Of a stretch of 64,000 nucleotides of DNA, positions 16,372-25,248 are shown one piece after another (within the stretch, counting starts at the first letter, position 1; each line of letters begins with the position of its first letter). The notes under the pieces were generated by a model. That model was given only the letters and a program-made list of their open reading frames with translations, did not search any database and had not been told where the DNA came from. Position numbers and translations under genes: made by a program. The DNA comes from Verrucomicrobiia bacterium (GTDB taxonomy: Bacteria; Verrucomicrobiota; Verrucomicrobiia; Limisphaerales; UBA11358): positions 67,582-131,581 of the forward strand of contig DASXDM010000013.1 of NCBI GenBank assembly GCA_036490655.1, in the 5' to 3' direction.

Positions 16372-17679
16372 TTGCCAACGTGTCTCACTATGCCAAATCA
16401 ACTTGAAACCAACGTCCCGCCGGCAGCAGAAGACGGCGCGATCACCGGACTCCAATGGAAATGGACCGCGCTGGCGGGGATGGCGTCCTATTTGGATGCC
16501 GGCTCGATCGTGGCGCTCGGCGCCGGACTGGCTTTATTCCAAAATGAGCTTCACCTGAGCAGCGGAGCCGTCGGGGCGCTGGCGGCGATCGGGCCCAACG
16601 CCATCGGCTGCGCGCTGGGGGCGTTCATCGGCGGCCGATTGGGCGACAAACTGGGACGCAAAACGATTTATCAATATGATCTGCTCATTTATGCGGCCGG
16701 CATCCTGGGCATTGCGCTGGCGGTGAATGCGACGATGCTTTTCATCGGCACATTTGTGGTGGGCGTGGCGGTCGGCGCTGATGTGCCCACTTCGCTGGCG
16801 CTCGTGGGTGAACTGGCGCCGGCGCGGGGGCGGGGCAAGTTACTGGGTTTCACCCAAGTAACCTGGTGCCTGGGGCCGGCCATCGTCTTATGGCTGGCGC
16901 TGTTGCTGGCGCCATTGGGGCTGCTCGGCATACGGATCATTTTTCTGCACTTGTTTGTCGTAGCGCTGGTCACGTGGGCGTTAAGACGAGGACTATCGGA
17001 ATCGGTCCGCTGGACGGCGGCGGCGAGGTCCACCCCGATCCCGAACAAAGTGCGGACGCTCTTTTCAGGGGCCAATCTGCGGGCGCTGGTGTGGACGGCG
17101 ACGATCTATCTCTTTTGGAATCTCGCCGCCGGCACGGCGGGAATTTTCAATCCATACTTCATCAAAACCCTGCACGCCGGCAGCCAGGCGGCCAGCGTGG
17201 GAATGTACAGCTCGGCATTTGTGATCGCGATGATCGTGGCGGTGACCGTGTTCATGCCTTTATCCGATCGCAGTTTCCGAACGAGGAAATGGTTGTGGGG
17301 CATCGGCGCGGTGATGCAGATATTCGCATATGGATTGTTCCTGGTGGCGCCTTTTACCATCCCGACGATCATCACGAACATCGTCATGTTTGCCGCCGGG
17401 GGCGTGCTGGCCGGCGAGGCCTTTTACAAAGTATTCAGCCAGGAATTGTTTCCCACGCTATTGCGGGGAACGGCCCAGGGCATCACTTTTGGGGTGGCGA
17501 GGACATTGTTGGGGATATGGAGTTTCTTTGTGCCGATGCTGGCCAACGCGGGGATCCGTCCAATCGCCGCCCTGCTGACTTTGTTCCTGGTCATCAGCGG
17601 CGGGGTGGGATTTTTTTTCATGCCGGACACTTCGGGCAAGACGCTTGAACAAATTGAAAGCGAGCGCGCCGGTAAATGA
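16372..17679 (+). CDS. MFS transporter (sugar-porter-like)
   Basis: 435 aa with about 12 TM segments. GRLGDKLGRKTIY loop motif. An alternative start at 16390 is possible. Confidence 0.85.
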   Translation: MPTCLTMPNQLETNVPPAAEDGAITGLQWKWTALAGMASYLDAGSIVALGAGLALFQNELHLSSGAVGALAAIGPNAIGCALGAFIGGRLGDKLGRKTIYQYDLLIYAAGILGIALAVNATMLFIGTFVVGVAVGADVPTSLALVGELAPARGRGKLLGFTQVTWCLGPAIVLWLALLLAPLGLLGIRIIFLHLFVVALVTWALRRGLSESVRWTAAARSTPIPNKVRTLFSGANLRALVWTATIYLFWNLAAGTAGIFNPYFIKTLHAGSQAASVGMYSSAFVIAMIVAVTVFMPLSDRSFRTRKWLWGIGAVMQIFAYGLFLVAPFTIPTIITNIVMFAAGGVLAGEAFYKVFSQELFPTLLRGTAQGITFGVARTLLGIWSFFVPMLANAGIRPIAALLTLFLVISGGVGFFFMPDTSGKTLEQIESERAGK

Positions 17680-20426
17680 ATTTTTCCGGCTTGAGCGAAC
17701 CCACCAAAATTTCGCGGCTGCGCTGCGAATATCTTTTTGCCCCACTGGGCATAGATGAGCGCGCGCCGCGTTTAAGTTGGACAATCGAATCCAATCGCCG
17801 CGGGGCGCACCAGACCGCTTATCGCATCCGCGTGGCGAGCACGCCGGAAAAGCTCGCCGCCGGAGAAGGGGACCGGTGGGATTCCGGCCGCATCGAAAGC
17901 GACCAGACTACGCATATTGCCTATGCCGGCAAACTGCTGCGGTCACGCGACGTGGGTCATTGGCTGGTCGAAATTTGGGACGAGACGGGCAAATCGGCAA
18001 CTTCGGAGAGGTCGCATTGGACGATGGGTTTGCTGGATAAATCCGATTGGCCGGCGAAATGGATCGCCGCCGAACCGGAAATCATCAAGCGGGACAAGGA
18101 AGCGACGGCGCCAACGTTAATTGAACCCGGGACACCGGCACTCTTTCGCAAGGAATTCGACGTGCCCGGCCCAATCAAGCGCGCAACAATTTATGCCAGC
18201 GCGCGAGGGGTATTCGAATTGCGCGCGAACGGCGAGCGGATCGGCGAAGATATCTTTGCGCCCGAGTGGACGGATTATGACAAGCGCATTCACTATCGGG
18301 CCTATGAGGTCACGAAGATGCTCACGCAGGGTCGCAACGCGCTGGCGGCCACACTGGGCGACGGCTGGTGGAGCGGCTATGTCGGCTGGCAGGAGACACG
18401 CGCCCGATATGGTTCGCTGGAAAACAGCCTGTTGGTCCAACTGGAAGTTGAACTGGTTGACGGCAAACGGCTGACGCTTGTCACGGACGGCTCATGGAGG
18501 TGCAATACGGGACCGATTCTCGCCTCGGATTTCATGATGGGCGAAACTTACGACGCCCGTCGCGAGCACAAAGGTTGGGATGCCGCCAATTTCCCCGGCC
18601 AGGACTGGTTGCCCGCCCGCGAAGTCGCTGCACCCACGGTGCCATTGGTCGCCCAGCGTTCCGAGCCGGTGAAGGTAGTGGAAAAAATCACGCCGGTTTC
18701 GGTCAATGAAATCCGCCCGGGTGTTTTCATCTATGATCTCTCCCAGAATATCGCCGGTTGGGTTCGTTTGCGCATCAACGCGCCGGCAGGCACGCGCGTG
18801 ACGCTCCGGCATGGCGAACGATTAAATCCTGACGGCACGCTTTATACCGAAAACCTTCGTCGCGCCAGGGCCACCGATGTTTATATCTGCAAAGGCGGCG
18901 GCGCGGAAATCTACGAACCTCATTTTACTTTTCACGGCTTCCAATATATCGAACTCACCGGCCTGCCATCCGCGCCGGGCAAGGAGGCGGTCACCGGCTG
19001 TGTCGTCCGCTCCGCCACGGCGGACGCGGGGAAGTTTGAGTGTTCTCATGCGGGCGTGAACCGGCTTTGGCAGAACGGCCTCTGGTCGCAGCGCGATAAT
19101 TTTCTTTCCGTGCCGACTGATTGCCCGCAGCGCGACGAGCGCCTGGGCTGGATGGGCGATGCGCAGGTTTTCCTCCGCACGGCCAGTTACAACATGGATG
19201 TCGCCGCATTCTTTACCAAATGGATGGTGGACGTGGAAGATGCGCAGACTGCCGACGGCATTTTTCCAGATACGGCGCCGCGCCTGCGTGAAGGGGACAA
19301 TTTTATCGGGCTGGGGGGACTGGGCGGTTCGGCCGGTTGGGCTGATGCGGGCGTCATCATTCCGTGGACTCTTTGGCGTGTTTATGGCGACAAGCGGATC
19401 GTTGAACGTCATTGGAAGGCGATGACCGCCTGGCTTGATTGGATTGAACGCCATAATCCCACCGGCTTGCGCGTGAATCAACTGGGCAACAATTACGGCG
19501 ACTGGCTGTGCATCCCCGGCGATACGACATTCGGCACCCATTCACCGATGAAGAATTTGCTGGCGACCGCCTATTGGGCGGATGACGCCGCAAAGATGTC
19601 CCGCCTGGCGCGCGAACTTGGCCGCGAGGCAGAGGCCGGCCGTTTTCAGGCGATGTTCGAGAAAATTCGCGCCGCCTTCCAGAAGGAATGGTTGCGGGCG
19701 GACGGCAAGCTGGCCGTCGAGACGCAGACCGCCTATCTGCTGGCGCTCGCGTTCAATCTGCTCCCGGATAATGCGCGCGATCGCGCTGCCGATCAACTGG
19801 TCGAAAACATCCGCGCGCTTGACTGGCACTTGAGCACCGGTTTCATCGGCATCAGCCATCTCAATCCCACGCTCACGCTGGCCGGCCACACTGATGTGGC
19901 TTACCGGCTGTTGCTGCGCGAGGATTATCCGTCGTGGCTGTATCCGGTGAAGCATGGCGCGACCACGATCTGGGAGCGCTGGAACGGCTGGACGGAAGCG
20001 GAAGGGTTCTTCGTGCCGCAAATGAATTCGTTCAACCATTATTCGCTTGGCTCGGTCGGGGAATGGTTGTTTCGCCATGTGGCGGGCATCGAACTCGATC
20101 CGGACGCCGCCGGTTTCCAGAAGTTTATTTTACGTCCGTTCATCGGCAACGGCCTTGATTTCGCCCGCGCCAGCTATCGCACCATGCATGGAGAGATCGC
20201 CAGCGAATGGAATCGCTCCGGTGAAAAAATCACCTGGTCGATTCGCATCCCGGCGAACACAACAGCCCGTGTTTATGTACCGAGCAGGCAAGAAACAGCC
20301 GTGACCGAGGGGGGCGTGCCCGTTGAAAAAGCCGCCGGCCTCCGCGTGATCGGGCGTGATGGAAATTTTTTAGTCTGCGAGGCGCAGTCGGGGGCATATG
20401 CCTTTGTCTCGACGTGGCAGAATTGA
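17676..20426 (+). CDS. glycoside hydrolase family 78 alpha-L-rhamnosidase, no signal peptide (likely cytoplasmic)
   Basis: 916 aa. RLRCEYLFAPLGIDERAPRLSW...HQTAYRIRVAS and DCPQRDERLGWMGDAQVF. ATGA overlap with the MFS stop. Confidence 0.9.
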   Translation: MNFSGLSEPTKISRLRCEYLFAPLGIDERAPRLSWTIESNRRGAHQTAYRIRVASTPEKLAAGEGDRWDSGRIESDQTTHIAYAGKLLRSRDVGHWLVEIWDETGKSATSERSHWTMGLLDKSDWPAKWIAAEPEIIKRDKEATAPTLIEPGTPALFRKEFDVPGPIKRATIYASARGVFELRANGERIGEDIFAPEWTDYDKRIHYRAYEVTKMLTQGRNALAATLGDGWWSGYVGWQETRARYGSLENSLLVQLEVELVDGKRLTLVTDGSWRCNTGPILASDFMMGETYDARREHKGWDAANFPGQDWLPAREVAAPTVPLVAQRSEPVKVVEKITPVSVNEIRPGVFIYDLSQNIAGWVRLRINAPAGTRVTLRHGERLNPDGTLYTENLRRARATDVYICKGGGAEIYEPHFTFHGFQYIELTGLPSAPGKEAVTGCVVRSATADAGKFECSHAGVNRLWQNGLWSQRDNFLSVPTDCPQRDERLGWMGDAQVFLRTASYNMDVAAFFTKWMVDVEDAQTADGIFPDTAPRLREGDNFIGLGGLGGSAGWADAGVIIPWTLWRVYGDKRIVERHWKAMTAWLDWIERHNPTGLRVNQLGNNYGDWLCIPGDTTFGTHSPMKNLLATAYWADDAAKMSRLARELGREAEAGRFQAMFEKIRAAFQKEWLRADGKLAVETQTAYLLALAFNLLPDNARDRAADQLVENIRALDWHLSTGFIGISHLNPTLTLAGHTDVAYRLLLREDYPSWLYPVKHGATTIWERWNGWTEAEGFFVPQMNSFNHYSLGSVGEWLFRHVAGIELDPDAAGFQKFILRPFIGNGLDFARASYRTMHGEIASEWNRSGEKITWSIRIPANTTARVYVPSRQETAVTEGGVPVEKAAGLRVIGRDGNFLVCEAQSGAYAFVSTWQN

Positions 20427-20540
20427 ATCGTACGAAAGCTTTCTGCGGTTCCTTTCGTGGCTCAAAGAAAGTCCGGGTAAGATGGCGACGCTTATTTCTG
20501 CTTGTTCGCCGGTTGAAGGCATCTCAAAATCAATCATTCC

Positions 20541-21890
20541 ATGAAACTTCCGATCTGCCTGTTGATACCGCTGTTCATGACGCTGGTCGCGCGCGCGGAA
20601 CCCGACGCCGATATCCAGCATTACATTGGCATCATTCGCCAGCATATCTACCAGGATTATCCGGGAATGTTCAAACCGGCCCAGGGCGCCCTGAAATATC
20701 CCTACATCACTCCCGGCAGCAGCCAATATGAGAACGAGCTTTGGGATTGGGATTCGTGGCTCTCGGACGTCGCCCTGCGGCAGGTTCTGCTCGAGCACGG
20801 CACGCCCGCGGACCGGCAAAATGCGCTCAAATACGAACAGGGTTGTGTCCTCAACTTTCTTCAACTCGGCGGCTGGCAAGGCTGGTTGCCGGTGCGCCTG
20901 ACGCCCGATACGACGCACGCCGAATCCATCATGGGCGAGACGAACCTGTTTGCGCATAACATGCACAAGCCGTGCCTGGCGCAACATGCCGCGTTTCTCA
21001 CGCAGATCAACGGCGGCGATGCCGAGTGGCTGCGCGATGAGTTTTATCCGCTGCAGGCTTTTGTGAATTGTTACTACAACCACTACCGCAACAAAGCCAC
21101 CGGGCTTTATTACTGGCAGACGGACGAGACGATCGGCGTGGACAACGACCCATCGACGTTCTATCGCCCCGATGCGAGTTCCGGCTCAATTCTGCTGAAT
21201 TGCATGATGTACCGGGAGTTGCTGGCGATGGTCTATTTGTCCGGACGGTTGAATGAGAAGGAAATCGGGGACAGCTACCAGAAAATGGCGGACGACCTGC
21301 TCCAGTCCATCCGCGCGCATTGTTGGGACCCGAAAGATGATTTTTATTACAGCGTGGACCTGGATCTGCGGCCATACGAACGGCCCGAAAAGGCCTGGGA
21401 ACTGCACGAAGGCGGACCGCGAAATTGGGATTGCCTGATCCAACGCATCGGCGTCTGGTCCGGTTTCCTGTCGCTTTGGTCCGGCGTGGCGACACCGGAA
21501 CAGGCGCGGCTGATCGTGGAAAAAAATTTCCGCGACACGAATAATTTCAACGCCCCGTACGGCGTGTATACGCTCTCCCCACAGGAGAAGATGTATGACG
21601 TGCGCGCCACGGGGAATCCGAGCTGTTGGCTGGGGCCGGTCTGGATCAATGCGAATTACCTCACCTTTCGCGGGTTGGTGAGGTATGGATACACGAGCGA
21701 TGCCCGGGGGTTGGTGGAAAAAACCATCCGCCTGCTCGGCCGGGATTACGAAAAGAACGGCGCGCTGCACGAATATTATCTGCCCGAAAGCGGCGAACCA
21801 GTGTTGAACAAGGGGTTCCAAAACTGGAATTATCTGGTCCTGAACATGATCGCCTGGTACGAAGGCAAGCCGTACGTCGAGGAGTTTTGA
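20541..21890 (+). CDS. (alpha/alpha)6-barrel glycosidase, GH63/GH37 (trehalase/MGH1)-like
   Basis: 449 aa with a signal peptide. ELWDWDSWL, PSCWLGPVWINANYL, GALHEYY. Confidence 0.7.
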   Translation: MKLPICLLIPLFMTLVARAEPDADIQHYIGIIRQHIYQDYPGMFKPAQGALKYPYITPGSSQYENELWDWDSWLSDVALRQVLLEHGTPADRQNALKYEQGCVLNFLQLGGWQGWLPVRLTPDTTHAESIMGETNLFAHNMHKPCLAQHAAFLTQINGGDAEWLRDEFYPLQAFVNCYYNHYRNKATGLYYWQTDETIGVDNDPSTFYRPDASSGSILLNCMMYRELLAMVYLSGRLNEKEIGDSYQKMADDLLQSIRAHCWDPKDDFYYSVDLDLRPYERPEKAWELHEGGPRNWDCLIQRIGVWSGFLSLWSGVATPEQARLIVEKNFRDTNNFNAPYGVYTLSPQEKMYDVRATGNPSCWLGPVWINANYLTFRGLVRYGYTSDARGLVEKTIRLLGRDYEKNGALHEYYLPESGEPVLNKGFQNWNYLVLNMIAWYEGKPYVEEF

Positions 21891-22040
21891 GCGTGAGGCC
21901 ATTTCCAGTTGGGGCGAGGGAACAGCGAGAGGATGATTTGCGTCAATTGAAGGCCAGAAAAAATACGGCAGGGTCATGGTCCCGAGGCAGGCGAAAAACC
22001 CAGAGAAGGCTCTCCATGTAAAGGGGAATGGTTTCGGGTT

Positions 22041-23237
22041 TCAAGGTTCAGATGTCACGGGGCGTTTTCGCCAGTAGTTGGCCAGCACGGAGCCGCTGAC
22101 GTTCATCCACGGGCTGAAAATCGCCGCGGCAAGCCCCATCGTCCCCAGTTTGCCCGCGGCGCCGGCGATGCCGGACGCCATGCCACCGTTTTGAATCCCG
22201 ACTTCAAAGGCAACCGAGCGCGCGGAATTTTTGTCCAGTCCGGCCGCGCGCGCCAGCCAATAGCCAAGCGTGTAACCGGCGGTGTTGTGCAGCACCGCGA
22301 CCAAAAAAAGGAGCGCGCCGACGTGCAACAGATTGTCACGCCCCGCCGCCGTGGTCACCGCCGTGAAATAAACGATGCCGGCCATGGAAAGCCGGGGAAT
22401 GCGCGCATCCAGTTTTGGGAATCGCAAGGTGAGCTGATGATAAACGACGCCAAATAAGATTGCGCCGAACAGGTAGCCGCTGATGCCGGCGACGGTCAAC
22501 CCGGTGGCGGTCCAGTTGGATTGAATCCATACCCAGCCTCCGAGCGCGAGAAAGGCCAACCAGAGCGCGGCCACCGCCGCCAGGGCGAAGACGATCTTCC
22601 ATCCGCGTTTCCCGGCAAATTTTAGATAATCGTGGAGCATCGCCGCGCCGACCGGCACCAGCACGATTTTGACGATTTCAAGCATCATGGCGACCAGCTT
22701 CACCTCGACGAGGGTGCCGGCGAGCAATTTCATCCAGAGCGGTGTCAGCACCACCGCCAAAACGGTGGTCACCGCGGTGATCGTCACTGAGAGCGCGAGA
22801 TTGGATTTGGCGAGATACGCCATGACGTTCGAGGCCAGGCCGCTGGAGCATGAGCCGATGAGGATGACGCCGGCGGCGATCTCCGGCTCGAAATGGAAAA
22901 TTTTTATCAGCGCCCAGCCAACGAGCGGCATCACCGTGAACCGGCACAGCACGCCGACGAAGACGCCGCGCGGCGATTTGATGACGCCTGCGAAATCGCG
23001 CAGGCTCATCTGCGTGCCCATGCCGAACATCACCAACTGGACCACGGTGAGGATGAGCCATGGGCTGCGCAGATCGAAGTTGCCGACGTGCAGGAATTGA
23101 GCCGGATAAAGCATGGCCGCTGTGACCGCGACGACGATCCAGGTGGTGAACTGGTAGCCGCGAAAGTTTCTCGTGAAACGCAGGGCGAGCGCGAGCGCGA
23201 CCGTCAAAAGAACCAGGGCTGGTTGCCAAAGATTCAT
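22041..23237 (-). CDS. bile acid:Na+ symporter (BASS/SBF) family organic-anion transporter
   Basis: 398 aa polytopic protein. GVILIGSCSSGLASNVMAYLAKSNLALSVTITAVTT matches the BASS signature region. Confidence 0.75.
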   Translation of the reverse strand: MNLWQPALVLLTVALALALRFTRNFRGYQFTTWIVVAVTAAMLYPAQFLHVGNFDLRSPWLILTVVQLVMFGMGTQMSLRDFAGVIKSPRGVFVGVLCRFTVMPLVGWALIKIFHFEPEIAAGVILIGSCSSGLASNVMAYLAKSNLALSVTITAVTTVLAVVLTPLWMKLLAGTLVEVKLVAMMLEIVKIVLVPVGAAMLHDYLKFAGKRGWKIVFALAAVAALWLAFLALGGWVWIQSNWTATGLTVAGISGYLFGAILFGVVYHQLTLRFPKLDARIPRLSMAGIVYFTAVTTAAGRDNLLHVGALLFLVAVLHNTAGYTLGYWLARAAGLDKNSARSVAFEVGIQNGGMASGIAGAAGKLGTMGLAAAIFSPWMNVSGSVLANYWRKRPVTSEP

Positions 23238-23896
23238 TTCAAAACTGTCGCCAGGTAATCCACCGCGATGCCGGGACTGGCAAAAATCGGAACACGCCGG
23301 TCTTCCGGCGCGAGGGCGTCCACGACGCGCGCCATCGAGGCCTGGGCCAGCACGATAACTTCCACCTGCTTCGATAATTCTCTCAACGCGGCGGCGACCC
23401 TGGCGTCATGCGTCGCGCCGTCGCCACTCATCAAGGCTTCAAACGCGCCTTCGCAAAGCTTCGAGGTGAGTTCAATTTTCTTTCCCGCTTTGGCCGCGCG
23501 GCGCGAAATCAAATCCGCCGTGGGTTCGAGCGTGGTTGAGAGCGTGGCGAGGACGCCGATTTTTTTGCCGGTGGCCACGGCTTTATCCGCCATCGGTTGG
23601 TCGACGCGCAGGACCGGCACGCCGATGGACTTTGCCCCCGCCTCGACCGCCGGGCCGACGGAGGAGCAGGTGACCAGGATGTAATCCGCGCCCGCGAGTT
23701 CGGCGGATTTCAGGTAGCTTTCCACGCGGCCCGAGATCTGCGGCGTCAAACTGCCTGCTTCGCGGATGCCTTTCACGAGCGAATCATCGGCGATGTTGAA
23801 CACTTCCACATCCGGCAGCTTGTCTTTGCAAAGCTGCGCGAACACCGGGACCAATGTCGCGGAGGTGTGAACCAATCCGAGTCGTTTCTTTTTCAT
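23234..23896 (-). CDS. Asp/Glu/hydantoin racemase superfamily protein (single-Cys variant)
   Basis: 220 aa. First catalytic-site motif YILVTCSSVG (Cys77). At the position of the second Cys motif it reads VIVLAQASMA. 4-nt overlaps with both neighbouring genes. Confidence 0.7.
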   Translation of the reverse strand: MKKKRLGLVHTSATLVPVFAQLCKDKLPDVEVFNIADDSLVKGIREAGSLTPQISGRVESYLKSAELAGADYILVTCSSVGPAVEAGAKSIGVPVLRVDQPMADKAVATGKKIGVLATLSTTLEPTADLISRRAAKAGKKIELTSKLCEGAFEALMSGDGATHDARVAAALRELSKQVEVIVLAQASMARVVDALAPEDRRVPIFASPGIAVDYLATVLK

Positions 23897-25248
23897 AATT
23901 TTCCTCTCAAGGCAGTTTCAAAATAATTTTTCGCGCCGACCTGGCCGCCTTTGAAAACCACTTCCGATCCATCCGCGGGGGAGCCGGGTGCGAAAACCCG
24001 GCACAGCGGCGCGCCCGGCGTCAGGGGCGCAATCATTTCCAGCGCCTCAATGCCCAACGCCCGCGCGGCATAACTTGATGTGTCACCCCCGGCGAGACAG
24101 ACACGACGAACCGGATGCAGTTCGATCGCCCGACGCAGCACTTTGCCGAGCGCGGAGCCCAGCACTTCTGCGGTGCGACCTTTATATTTGGCGGTGATGC
24201 GATGATCCGGGCCGCTTCGGGTCGTATGGATGATGACGTTACGATTCATCCGCAGAAGTTTTGCGGCTTCGGCGGCGGCGCGTTGGATTTCGCGGACGGC
24301 CATGGTCTTGTTCATCAAACGCGCCGCATTCAAAGGCACTTCCGCAAACCCATGTTTCAACGCCCAGGCGATCTGCCCGCTGGTGACCGGTGAACAACTG
24401 CCTGAACCCACAAGAATCTGTTTGGAGCGAGTGGAGAAGTTTGGCAGGTTCCAATTTTTTTGGAGGGGGATCCGACTCATCGATCTCCAATGCGTGGCCA
24501 GGGCCGCTTCAATCCCCGAGGACCCGACCGAGAAAAGCGTTCGTTGTTTGCCTGCGATTTCTTCAAGCAATCCGCCGATGCGCGCGAGGTGTTCGGTCGT
24601 CAGCGCATCGAATAAAACGACCTGCGGTTTATCGGCCAATAATTGCTGGAAAGCGACCCGGGCTTGTTGGGGGGGTAACGTTAACTTGAGAAGATCAAAC
24701 AATGCGGCGCGCTTCTTTGTTTGTTTAGCGAGATGTGCGAGGAGATCCGCTTCGGTCATCGGCGTCACCGGATGCCGGCTGATGGAGGGATGCCGATCCA
24801 GCCGATGGATGGCGCCGGTGCTGCCGATGCCATAGCGCGCAAAGTGCTGGCCAAAGATCGTGTAACGGCCCAGCGCCGGGGCGGCGGCCAGCAGCGGTAT
24901 GAACGGCGCGGGAAAAATTTTCGCCGCCACCTCCATCACGCGGCCGATGCTGCCGATCGCGGGCGAGGAATCGAAGGTGGAACAGATTTTGTAGTGAACA
25001 TGGCGCGCGCCGAGTTTTTTCAAAGCCCGCAACGCCGGTTTAAGCTCACGCTCCATCGCCTGCGGAGCGAGTGAGCGGGTTTTGCCGGCAACACCAAGGG
25101 CTTGCAGGCCGGGGATTTTTTTTAACTGCGCAGGCGTCGGCGGCCGGATGAACAACCTCGTGCGGAGACCGGCCAGGGTCAGTTGTTCCAGCGCATCCGT
25201 CGAGCCGGTGAAGTCATCGCCGTAGAAGGTGAGGAGAAGCTTGTTCAT
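23893..25248 (-). CDS. four-carbon acid-sugar kinase family protein (DUF1537)
   Basis: 451 aa. N-terminal YGDDFTGSTDALEQL and C-terminal GGDTSSYAARALG nucleotide-binding region. Confidence 0.85.
   Translation of the reverse strand: MNKLLLTFYGDDFTGSTDALEQLTLAGLRTRLFIRPPTPAQLKKIPGLQALGVAGKTRSLAPQAMERELKPALRALKKLGARHVHYKICSTFDSSPAIGSIGRVMEVAAKIFPAPFIPLLAAAPALGRYTIFGQHFARYGIGSTGAIHRLDRHPSISRHPVTPMTEADLLAHLAKQTKKRAALFDLLKLTLPPQQARVAFQQLLADKPQVVLFDALTTEHLARIGGLLEEIAGKQRTLFSVGSSGIEAALATHWRSMSRIPLQKNWNLPNFSTRSKQILVGSGSCSPVTSGQIAWALKHGFAEVPLNAARLMNKTMAVREIQRAAAEAAKLLRMNRNVIIHTTRSGPDHRITAKYKGRTAEVLGSALGKVLRRAIELHPVRRVCLAGGDTSSYAARALGIEALEMIAPLTPGAPLCRVFAPGSPADGSEVVFKGGQVGAKNYFETALRGKL

Noticed and set aside
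16075-16455. 126-aa minus-strand ORF bridging the pqqB 3' end, the intergenic region and the MFS 5' end
   Set aside because: It overlaps two supported plus-strand genes and a repeat-rich promoter region. No motifs.
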